A DNA stretch of 38,629 bases, from the IMG/VR virus record IMGVR_UViG_3300027861_000006, positions 1 through 38,629 of that record; one strand, 5' to 3'. Below the pieces are notes generated by a model. That model saw only the letters and a list, made by a program, of their open reading frames with translations. It was not told the origin of the DNA and did no database searches. This DNA comes from a virus. Positions 25,399 through 33,894 of the stretch are shown here, piece after piece. The stretch's first letter is position 1; every line of letters begins with the position of its first letter. The position numbers and the translations under genes are program-made.

Positions 25399-26111
25399 TG
25401 CCTAACAATCAACCTTTATACAGTGAGATTAAAGCTCGTTTAGAGGATTGGCTACAGAGTTCGGGGGGCAGTGTTGTACTGCTGCCCCTTGACCTTTTAA
25501 ATAGGGCGCAAGACGATTTGACGCTACATAAGCAATGGTCTAATATGATGTTTACAGAGGCTTTAACACCTGTTGAAGGAGAGCCTAGAACCTATTCTAT
25601 GCCTGACGGTATGGCTTCTTATCAAATTATCTCTTCAGACCATGACGGAGATGGAAAGCCTGACGAATACTTTTACGACAGGTCTAACCAAGTTAAGGGC
25701 TATAAAGTTGAAGATAGATTTGATATTACTACAGGCCATGCACACGTAATTCTTTTTTATAGAGACCCAAGTGTGCTACCTAATGTTTATTATCAAAAAG
25801 CTTTAACTGACTTTCAGGATACAGACACTCCTCAATACTCGTTCTTTCCAAGTGAACTACTTTTAAGAACTGCTCAAAAGATTCATATTGAAGAAACGGG
25901 GCTTACAAGCTCCGAGGTGACTGTTATTTTAAATAGCCAAAAAACTTTGTTAAAAAATTATACTGCTATTCATCATAACGTGAATACAGATCTGAAAATG
26001 GAAATACTAGACTACGAAGGGCATCCAATACAGACAGAAGCTATTAACCTGACAGGTTGCTTTGATGGCGACCCTGATTATTACAAAGGGCAGGATAACA
26101 GTGTCTTATAG
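25398..26111 (+). CDS. Head-tail adaptor / tail tubular protein A position (candidate)
   Basis: Assigned only by position, directly upstream of the gp12-like gene. Confidence 0.35.
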   Translation: MPNNQPLYSEIKARLEDWLQSSGGSVVLLPLDLLNRAQDDLTLHKQWSNMMFTEALTPVEGEPRTYSMPDGMASYQIISSDHDGDGKPDEYFYDRSNQVKGYKVEDRFDITTGHAHVILFYRDPSVLPNVYYQKALTDFQDTDTPQYSFFPSELLLRTAQKIHIEETGLTSSEVTVILNSQKTLLKNYTAIHHNVNTDLKMEILDYEGHPIQTEAINLTGCFDGDPDYYKGQDNSVL

Positions 26112-27993
26112 CAGAAAGAAAAAGGCCGTAAGGTTTTCTAATTTTTCCAAGGGGCTAAATACCTCTAAAGACTCCACTGTTATTGGAAATCAGCAGGTGC
26201 AAGAGAGTAAAAACGCTATACTACGTGAAAACGGCGCAGACAGGCGACCCGGTACAATTGCTAAAGAGAATTTCAATTTAACAGACCTTATAAAAGGTTT
26301 GCATAATTATTTAGACTTTGTTAATATCGAGCACTTACTCATGGGATCGGGTGGTAAATTATACGATGTAGCAAAGGCAGATGGTGCTCCTACGTTAAGA
26401 TATGATTTGGGCGGTACTGATAACTTTTATTTTGCCGATGCTTTGGGCCGATGCTTTATCGTAAACGGAAACGAAGTTGTTAAAGATGAAGGTGGTACAA
26501 CTTATCAAGTTGGTATAGATGCCCCCACAGGAGCAAGCGCAGGCGTAATTGCGGGCGGTTCGCTAGCAGAGGGTACTTATGGTGTTTATGCAGGCTACGG
26601 ACGAGAAGAGGGCGGCGTAATCGTTCTTTATTCAACAGGTCAATATTTGGGTACAGTAAATTTAACCGCTGGAAATCAAACCGTTCAAGTCACTAATTTT
26701 GCCCAAAGCAGTGACCCACAAGTTGACAAACGTGTTATTTGGATGACTGACGCTGATTTATCTACGGTTTACCGCTACTATACAGCCGATAATGATGCTA
26801 CAGCAACGCACAATGTTACAAGTGATGCCGACAAGTCCGAATCTATTTTATATAGTGTTGACGCTGTTGATAACATTTCAGTTCCAGACTTTGAGCACAT
26901 ACTGGCAGCGGACAACAGGCTTTGGGGTAGTGTTGATAACGTTCTTTATTACAGCTTAATGAATAGCGCTAACCCATATGATTTAGAAAGATTTTTTACC
27001 TTAAATCGAATTACTCTTAAGTATAAGATTACAGGATTATTTGAAGTTCAAGGCAATGTTTACATGAATACGCCGTATGGGATATTTATGCAATCAAACG
27101 CCGATGTTACTGCTAGAACTATCCACGTTGAAAAACGGTGGTATTTTAAGTATATGAATACCGTTGTTGATTATAACGGTGGAAAATTGGGACTAACTAA
27201 TGATGGTGTTAAGTTTTTCGATGGTGAAAAGTTTCTTGATTATGACATATCTGAAGATGTGAAAGCGGAAATTACTAAGATGTATAGTACCGTTTCGGGA
27301 TTCGAGCCTTTTGCTGTTATTATAAGAAGAGATATACGCACAGAATACCATATAAGTTATAATGACAACTCTTTCACAGCAGCTACAAATAATAAAAGAA
27401 TTGTCCTTAATCTTGACAAATTAGCCTATTTACCTGAAAAGCAGGTTACAGCGCCGTGGGAAATATGGGATAATGGCGCAACCCATATGACAACAGATCT
27501 TTCTGGAATTACTTATCAAGCACAGTCGCACGCTACAGCACCTAAGCTTTACGTTGAAAACCCTAATACTACCATAGACAATGGTATCTATCTGCAAAGT
27601 GGAGCTGTTGGTACAGAGGCGAGTTATATAGAGTTGTTGGTTTGCACTAAAACAATTCTACTAGATATGTCGTCACGGTTAGCATGGAATTTATTGCGGG
27701 TTATGGCGAGGCTTTCGGCTAAAGCTACTATTGAGATACATATAAGAGATGTTGAGGGCGAAAACTCTAGTGATTTAGTAGGGGCGGGTGACGAGGTCTC
27801 TTTATGGGATGTCTTTCTTTGGGATGTTGGAACATGGGCAAGTACAACGCCACGATTAATTAAAACTAGATTGCCAGCAAGTTTAAAAGGATATATGATG
27901 TTTGTTAAGTTTTATCAAACTGCAAATGATCCTGAATTTAATATACAAGATATTGTAGTAGAGGGTACAGCCTCTCAGATACGTTTTACATAG
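26062..27993 (+). CDS. Tail tubular protein B / nozzle (T7 gp12-like); likely start GTG 26101
   Basis: N-terminus NFSKGLNTSKD-...-GADRRRPG matches recalled T7 gp12 NLKGGISQQPD-...-GLQKRPP. The spacing between G[IL] and RP is the same (29 aa). Confidence 0.55.
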   Translation: MMATLIITKGRITVSYSRKKKAVRFSNFSKGLNTSKDSTVIGNQQVQESKNAILRENGADRRPGTIAKENFNLTDLIKGLHNYLDFVNIEHLLMGSGGKLYDVAKADGAPTLRYDLGGTDNFYFADALGRCFIVNGNEVVKDEGGTTYQVGIDAPTGASAGVIAGGSLAEGTYGVYAGYGREEGGVIVLYSTGQYLGTVNLTAGNQTVQVTNFAQSSDPQVDKRVIWMTDADLSTVYRYYTADNDATATHNVTSDADKSESILYSVDAVDNISVPDFEHILAADNRLWGSVDNVLYYSLMNSANPYDLERFFTLNRITLKYKITGLFEVQGNVYMNTPYGIFMQSNADVTARTIHVEKRWYFKYMNTVVDYNGGKLGLTNDGVKFFDGEKFLDYDISEDVKAEITKMYSTVSGFEPFAVIIRRDIRTEYHISYNDNSFTAATNNKRIVLNLDKLAYLPEKQVTAPWEIWDNGATHMTTDLSGITYQAQSHATAPKLYVENPNTTIDNGIYLQSGAVGTEASYIELLVCTKTILLDMSSRLAWNLLRVMARLSAKATIEIHIRDVEGENSSDLVGAGDEVSLWDVFLWDVGTWASTTPRLIKTRLPASLKGYMMFVKFYQTANDPEFNIQDIVVEGTASQIRFT

Positions 27994-28003
27994 GAGTAAG
28001 GAA

Positions 28004-29533
28004 ATGAATTTTATCAAAACAATGTACTTAGTGGCTATGGCGTTTTACGCTATTTATGCGTTAGACGATATGACTATACCTAACCCGTTTTCTCCAAATA
28101 CCCCTGCAAGATCTGCTGAGGTTAATGAGAATAATGATAGTACGAAGATTGCATTTAATAGGCTAAATGATACTCTTGCAAATGATTTTACAAGAAATAT
28201 TTATTTTGAAAGTGGCGATACTACCATCAAAACCATTTATGTAGACACCGTAGTTGCTCTTGTTTGCTCAGTTAATGTTCGTGGTTACATGGCAGACCTT
28301 ACAGCGGGTACGGTTAATATTGATGGTGGAACTATCGATGGTGTTACCATAGGAGGCTCTACAGAGGGCGCAGGTTACTTTGACACGCTTCACTCAGTAA
28401 AAGGCATTACTGGGACAGCTTTAAATACAGGACAGGGCTTAAACGAGCTTTACCCTATGGACCAAGCAGTTTTAACGACTTCAGATGTAACTTTCGATTC
28501 TGCTTATGCTGGAAAGGTAGTGACTCCATCGGCTGTTATTACGACCTTAAACGCGAACGGTGGAACAATTGATAATACAATAATTGGCGGTTCGGGAACT
28601 GCTGCAATAAGTGGAACAACAGGAAGTTTTTCGGGAGCATTAACAGGAACAACACTTAATACAGGTCAAGGTGCAAACGAGCTTTATGATATGAACCAAA
28701 ATGTATTAACTACAAGTGATGTTACATTTAACAATGGTACTTTTAATGATAAAGTCTTAATAGACACGCTTTCAAGCAATAGTGTGATAAATCTTTTAAA
28801 AGTAAAAAATAATTATACAGCAGGGTCAGGAACAGGTGATGATGCAGGTTGCTCTATAGAAATGTACAATGGGATTGCAGAAGCAACTGAACCAGCTAGA
28901 CGAGGCGTAATAGAATATTATTCCAAAGGCTTTTTTGATAATCCCGATAATACTTTTTTGCATCTTAATAATTACAAAGGTAGTAAAGATGAAGGACTAA
29001 CTATCACTTATAAAGCAGTAGGGATAGGCACAAGTACCCCAAATGCTTTATTGACAATAGATAGTTCCTTTACGACAAAAGAAGTCTCAGCATTCTCAAC
29101 CCCCTCAAGTGGCTACGGTAAGTGGTACGCAAAAACAGACGGATTACCTTATTTCAAGAATGACGCGGGGACTGAGTATGGATTAGCAGCAGGTTCGGAA
29201 GGTAGTTTTACTGGAACGCTAACAGGGTGCACAACAAGCCCAACCGTAACCGTTTATTATGTTGTTTCAGGAGATTTGGTTACAATGACTATTGGCGATA
29301 TAACAGGGACTAGTAACACCTCAGCCATGTCAATTACAGGAATGCCGTCTGGTATTTGGCCTAATAGCGATCAAGCAATTTCAGTATCAATATTTAATGG
29401 TGGCAGCTTACAATCTGATGCTAGAGTGTGCTTAGTTAAAACAACAGGTGTTATTGAAGTACAAGGGACTATTACAGCGAGTAGTACAAAGGGTTTTAAG
29501 TCTAGCTCCTCTGCTTACAGGACTAACAATTAA
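28004..29533 (+). CDS. Tail fibre protein with a signal/anchor-like N-terminus
   Basis: GGTIDGVTIGGS / GGTIDNTIIGGSG fibre repeats. Duplicated block LNTGQG.NELY.M.Q.VLTTSDVTF. ATG after AGGAG. N-terminus MNFIKTMYLVAMAFYAIYA/LDD. Confidence 0.65.
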   Translation: MNFIKTMYLVAMAFYAIYALDDMTIPNPFSPNTPARSAEVNENNDSTKIAFNRLNDTLANDFTRNIYFESGDTTIKTIYVDTVVALVCSVNVRGYMADLTAGTVNIDGGTIDGVTIGGSTEGAGYFDTLHSVKGITGTALNTGQGLNELYPMDQAVLTTSDVTFDSAYAGKVVTPSAVITTLNANGGTIDNTIIGGSGTAAISGTTGSFSGALTGTTLNTGQGANELYDMNQNVLTTSDVTFNNGTFNDKVLIDTLSSNSVINLLKVKNNYTAGSGTGDDAGCSIEMYNGIAEATEPARRGVIEYYSKGFFDNPDNTFLHLNNYKGSKDEGLTITYKAVGIGTSTPNALLTIDSSFTTKEVSAFSTPSSGYGKWYAKTDGLPYFKNDAGTEYGLAAGSEGSFTGTLTGCTTSPTVTVYYVVSGDLVTMTIGDITGTSNTSAMSITGMPSGIWPNSDQAISVSIFNGGSLQSDARVCLVKTTGVIEVQGTITASSTKGFKSSSSAYRTNN

Positions 29534-29534
29534 T

Positions 29535-29831
29535 ATGAAAAAAACAATAATAAATCTAACCCCTTCTCAAAACTCCCTTCAAGGCCAATTCTCGAATGGA
29601 GATGATCCTTTAGTAATGTGTGACGCAACTAATGGAGATTTCTCTATTACAATGCCTGATGCACCGTCTACAGACGATTCAACTTTTAGATTCGTTAAAA
29701 AAGACGACTCATTAAATACTGTAACTCTTGTTGCAAAATCTGGTCAAAAAATTATGAATGAAGATTCTCAAATACTAACAGAAGAAGCAGATGAGCTTGT
29801 TTTAAACTCAGATGGAATTGGTTGGTGGTAG
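29535..29831 (+). CDS. Small fibre-associated protein (98 aa)
   Basis: The ATG begins 2 nt after the fibre stop codon. The upstream extension to 29448 overlaps the fibre gene and is not needed. Confidence 0.5.
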   Translation: MKKTIINLTPSQNSLQGQFSNGDDPLVMCDATNGDFSITMPDAPSTDDSTFRFVKKDDSLNTVTLVAKSGQKIMNEDSQILTEEADELVLNSDGIGWW

Positions 29832-29832
29832 T

Positions 29833-30792
29833 ATGAATAAGTTACTTTTCATCTTATCAGTAATCCTTACTTGTTCTCAAACGCCTTTATATGCAACTAA
29901 ATACGGTAGTGTAAAGCTTTGGGACGGTGACACTATTGTAAATGTTAGCGATAGCGCTTTGAAAGTTTATACTGACGATACATTGAATGTTGCCATAGCG
30001 GACACTATTGTTGTTAGAGTTACCGATACGCTCGAAGTTAATTCAATTCCTAAAGACTACTATTTAGAAGTTGCCAAGGGTAATGTTGCAGGCGCATCTA
30101 AGGTGAATAAGTTTGGGCATAATCCTACCGCTACCAGTGGCGATGATATTTGGGGCGGGGGTGGTGTTTACGTTTTTTTTCCTGACACTGCAAGAACGAT
30201 GGAAATACTTAGCACTTCGGCGCTTGACGATGAAGGAAGCACAGGGGCTATTCAGGTAAGGGTAAAAGGACTTGATTCTAACTGGCTTGAAATAGAGGAA
30301 ACCGTAACTATGAACGGCACTACTCCTGTATCTTTGACAAATAAGTTCGTTCGAATGTACAGGGCTTTTGTTCTTGAAGTAGGATCGGCAGAAACCAACG
30401 AAGGGGATATTACCGTTGAAATTGTTGGAACGGATACGGCTGCTATTTTTATAAGTGCCGATGAAGGCCAAACGCAACACGCTATCTACACCGTTCCTGA
30501 AGATAAGACCGCTTACTTTTTAAAGGGGTATGTGTCATTGACTAATAGTAATAAAAATGGTGAAGATGGAACATTCCAATATTACGTTAGATTAAACAAT
30601 GGATATCAGAGTGCTTGGCTTGTTAAAGGCGAGGTGGGCTTAGTTAATATTGGTTCAAGTTACTGGCAATATGAATATGCCGTTCCAGCAGGGCCTATAC
30701 CCGGCAAATCAGACATTAAGATTCGACTTACAGACGCAAGTGCGACAATGAACACACAGGCAGGGTTTGATCTCATTTTAATAGATAATTAA
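29833..30792 (+). CDS. Lipoprotein-like beta-rich protein (receptor-binding/structural candidate)
   Basis: N-terminus MNKLLFILSVILT/CSQ (lipobox-like). ATG 29833. Confidence 0.55.
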   Translation: MNKLLFILSVILTCSQTPLYATKYGSVKLWDGDTIVNVSDSALKVYTDDTLNVAIADTIVVRVTDTLEVNSIPKDYYLEVAKGNVAGASKVNKFGHNPTATSGDDIWGGGGVYVFFPDTARTMEILSTSALDDEGSTGAIQVRVKGLDSNWLEIEETVTMNGTTPVSLTNKFVRMYRAFVLEVGSAETNEGDITVEIVGTDTAAIFISADEGQTQHAIYTVPEDKTAYFLKGYVSLTNSNKNGEDGTFQYYVRLNNGYQSAWLVKGEVGLVNIGSSYWQYEYAVPAGPIPGKSDIKIRLTDASATMNTQAGFDLILIDN

Positions 30793-30805
30793 TAAAGGAT
30801 ATATT

Positions 30806-32908
30806 ATGGCAGTAGCAACAACCGCAGTTAGTACAGAGGCAAAGAAGCCTATTGTGAATTTCCCAACAGTTCAGCCAAACCAGCCTATACCATTGCTTCC
30901 AAATGCAGTGCAACAACCAGTACGCCAACAGCCTGCTGTAATGCCTCAAATACAGCAAGCGGGAGCAGCTACAGGTGCAGGGCAAGTATTTCAGCCTAAC
31001 CTAAGTAAACAGGTGGTCGAGACAGCTCAACAGAAGGCTATACAGGGCACTCCAAGCCAAACAGCTAGTTTAGTGTCCCAAAACGCTCAAAACCTCTTAA
31101 AAGACCCTTCCATGGGAAAAGATTACGACGCTCAAAAAAAGCTTTCTATGGATCAACTTGCTAAACAACAATCTTCTGATTTAGAAAAATTAAGACAGTC
31201 TACAGGTGGAACGGCTAATCTAGGCTTTAATATTGGAAACCTTGCTTCTGCTCAACTACAGCAAAGGCAGGAGAAAACAAATTTATCTCAACAAATGGAT
31301 ATTGACGCACAGCAACAAAAGCTATCTGATGGTTTAGCGGCATTGACCGCAGGACAGCAAACTGTAGGCATGGAACAAAGTTTACAGTCGGGTGATATTG
31401 ATAATCTTATTAAGACATCTGATGGAGCGCTCTCTTTTGCGGAACTCGCTTCTAAAGAGAATATGTTTACAAGTCAGCAGGAATGGGATACTACAGAGTC
31501 TCAATTGCAAAAAGATTTTGAAATGGCTATGACTCAAGGAGATTACGCACAGGCTAATAAGCTTGCTGCTCTGATGAACGACTTTGAGACTGCAAAGCTT
31601 AAGAATCAGCAAGAGTGGCAGAGTGCTGAAAACATTGCTCAAAATGCTTTTAAAAAAGGTATGGTTATGAATGAACAGGAATATGACAAGGCCAAACAAT
31701 ACCTTGCTTTTGAGTTAGAGCAAGCTGCTGCTGACAATGACTTTGAGAAGCACCAGTATCTAATGGACAAACAGCAAGAACTTGATTTACAAAACATGCT
31801 ACAGAGCTTTGACTTTAATAGTAAAATGGCGGTTCTTGATAGTGAGCTACAAACTGCAATTAATAATAACGACTTTGAGCATCAGGCTATTCTTAATAAG
31901 TTTACCCACGGCCTACAAATGCAACAGATAGAGCAAGAGCAAGGTTTTGAAGAAAGTATGAAGTATCTTGATAACGAGCTTGAACTTGCATTGCAGACGG
32001 GCGATTATGAAAATGCTAAAATGCTAAACCAAATGAAGTATGATCAAGAAATGTCAATACATCTTGATAATATGGAGCTTGCTAATATGAAGCTAGATAT
32101 GGAGCAACAGGGCCTTGATATGGCAATGGTTGAAAGTGAATACGAAAAGCTACAAGCTGAAATTGCAGCAGGCAGAGTAGACCCAAGTGCTTCAGTCGAT
32201 TATTTGGAACAAGTTTTTGCAGACTCTTTACCTGAAGGCTTTGAGTTTACAGAACCCGATCCTTATGCCGTACAAGCTGCTTTGAAAGACGATTACCTTA
32301 ATAAGATGTATCAGTATGGCTTAACTCAGGGTGAGGACGCTATGGTGTTTGAAACAGTTACTAATCCTGATGGAACGACTACTGAAGCTTTTGCAGGTTT
32401 GAATGACTCTTATTTAGGTTCCTTTAATGATTACGTTAATGACACTACTTATGCACAAACTGGTACACCTGATGAGGCTGAAATCATCGCGCTTAAAGCG
32501 GGTGACATGCCGATAGACCAAATGGAAAGCAAACATTTCGATTACCTACTTAATGACGTAACCACACCTGAAATCGACTTAGGCATATATCAAGATTACG
32601 CAACACAGGAGGTTGGCTCAGGTAGTAGTTCAAGAACAATTTACCCTGAACTTGAAAACAATGTTGGAGGCTTTACGAATATTGGAGGCGTATTATTTAA
32701 CGTGCAATCAAAATCTATTCTTGATGAGGGTGGTGATGATGTTACAGTTTACAATATCGTAGACGTAGTAACAGGCCAAACCATTGAGATAGCTGCTGTT
32801 GAGAGTGGTTCAACAAGTGCCGACCTTAATTCTCATGGTAATAACGAGCTCCATACATACTTGGAAACAATCAAAAAAGACCCTTATTATGCAAGTAAAG
32901 GAGAATAA
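30806..32908 (+). CDS. Q/N-rich 700-aa protein with repeated [GN]D[FY][EA] helical motifs and an acidic Tyr-rich C-half; internal/ejection protein candidate
   Basis: Q-rich N-terminus. Repeats GDYAQANKL, NDFETAKL, NDFEKHQYL, NDFEHQAIL and GDYENAKML. Confidence 0.6.
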   Translation: MAVATTAVSTEAKKPIVNFPTVQPNQPIPLLPNAVQQPVRQQPAVMPQIQQAGAATGAGQVFQPNLSKQVVETAQQKAIQGTPSQTASLVSQNAQNLLKDPSMGKDYDAQKKLSMDQLAKQQSSDLEKLRQSTGGTANLGFNIGNLASAQLQQRQEKTNLSQQMDIDAQQQKLSDGLAALTAGQQTVGMEQSLQSGDIDNLIKTSDGALSFAELASKENMFTSQQEWDTTESQLQKDFEMAMTQGDYAQANKLAALMNDFETAKLKNQQEWQSAENIAQNAFKKGMVMNEQEYDKAKQYLAFELEQAAADNDFEKHQYLMDKQQELDLQNMLQSFDFNSKMAVLDSELQTAINNNDFEHQAILNKFTHGLQMQQIEQEQGFEESMKYLDNELELALQTGDYENAKMLNQMKYDQEMSIHLDNMELANMKLDMEQQGLDMAMVESEYEKLQAEIAAGRVDPSASVDYLEQVFADSLPEGFEFTEPDPYAVQAALKDDYLNKMYQYGLTQGEDAMVFETVTNPDGTTTEAFAGLNDSYLGSFNDYVNDTTYAQTGTPDEAEIIALKAGDMPIDQMESKHFDYLLNDVTTPEIDLGIYQDYATQEVGSGSSSRTIYPELENNVGGFTNIGGVLFNVQSKSILDEGGDDVTVYNIVDVVTGQTIEIAAVESGSTSADLNSHGNNELHTYLETIKKDPYYASKGE

Positions 32909-32911
32909 ATA

Positions 32912-33457
32912 ATGATAGTAATAACAGGAGCCCCAAGAACAGGCACAAGTATGATAATGCAGACTCTCAAAACATTGGGAGTTGAAGTTGTAGGTGAAAA
33001 GTTTAGTGATGTTAATATGCCTGAAAACAACCCTTATGGATATTATGAACTTCCCATTGCAGAAATTACAGAGGGCATTCAAGATTTACGATACAAGGGC
33101 AAAGCCGTAAAACTTTTTGCGCAAGGCTTGGGTAAAACAAAAGTAGATGCAATCGACAAAGTGATCCATTGTAAACGCAAGGTGAAAGAGTCGGCTTTAA
33201 GCTTTATGAAAGTGTTAAAAGCAACTCCAATAGGAATTAAGCCTACGATTAATAACTCTAAACAGATAGTTAAACACAATGCACTTTTTGCAGAAACTTT
33301 TGCTAAACACACTAAGAAACCAGTGTTTAATGTAGATTTTGAAAATTTCAAATCTAATAAAATTGAAGAGATAGAAAAGTTATGTAGTTTTCTCGGTATA
33401 GAAGCCACTGCTGCTCAGAAGTCCGAAGCAATAAAAAATATAAAGGACGGTAAATAA
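32912..33457 (+). CDS. Small sulfotransferase-fold protein (181 aa)
   Basis: 5'-PSB loop IVITGAPRTGTSMIMQTL. 3'-PB-like CKRKVKESALSF (R-x7-S). C-terminal VDFENF..N...EIEKLCSFLGIE resembles the sulfotransferase tail .YEDL......l..i..FLGl (from memory). Confidence 0.6.
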   Translation: MIVITGAPRTGTSMIMQTLKTLGVEVVGEKFSDVNMPENNPYGYYELPIAEITEGIQDLRYKGKAVKLFAQGLGKTKVDAIDKVIHCKRKVKESALSFMKVLKATPIGIKPTINNSKQIVKHNALFAETFAKHTKKPVFNVDFENFKSNKIEEIEKLCSFLGIEATAAQKSEAIKNIKDGK

Positions 33458-33891
33458 TGGGAATTGCAGCAGCGATAATAGCGGCAGGAGTAGGTGTTGC
33501 TTCAACAGTGGCAGGTGCGGTAGGTTCTTCACAGACCGCAAAAGCGCAAGAAGAAGCTGAAGCTGAAAGACTTGCAAAAGAAGAAGAAGAAAATGAGAAA
33601 ATGCGCAAAGAGCGAATTAGGACACAGCGTCAAGAGGGCATAGGTATGCTCGCACAAGAGAGGCAAAACGCTACAACACAAAGTAGAAGCCGATCTTTTG
33701 GGAAAGATGCAAAAGCTGCTTTAAGCAATGTTAGCAAACGGGGTAGTGCTCCACAAGCTCCTGCTCCCGCAATAACTCCACAGGCTCCACAAATGCCAAG
33801 TAGAGGTGCTCCACCTCCGATGCCATTAGGCAACCCAAAGCCTATAACACCCGTTGCGGGATTACCCACATCAACGATTGGACGGAGGTAG
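33457..33891 (+). CDS. Gly-zipper TM plus Pro-rich protein; small internal virion protein candidate
   Basis: MGIAAAIIAAGVGVASTVAGAVG N-terminus. PQAPAPAITPQAPQMP tail. ATGA-coupled start. Confidence 0.55.
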   Translation: MGIAAAIIAAGVGVASTVAGAVGSSQTAKAQEEAEAERLAKEEEENEKMRKERIRTQRQEGIGMLAQERQNATTQSRSRSFGKDAKAALSNVSKRGSAPQAPAPAITPQAPQMPSRGAPPPMPLGNPKPITPVAGLPTSTIGRR

Positions 33892-33894
33892 CAT

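Noticed and set aside
33354-33869. Minus-strand ORFs 33354-33608, 33380-33577 and 33630-33869
   Set aside because: They lie antisense to well-supported, translationally coupled plus-strand genes in an A/G/P-codon-rich stretch. They have low-complexity products and no RBS.
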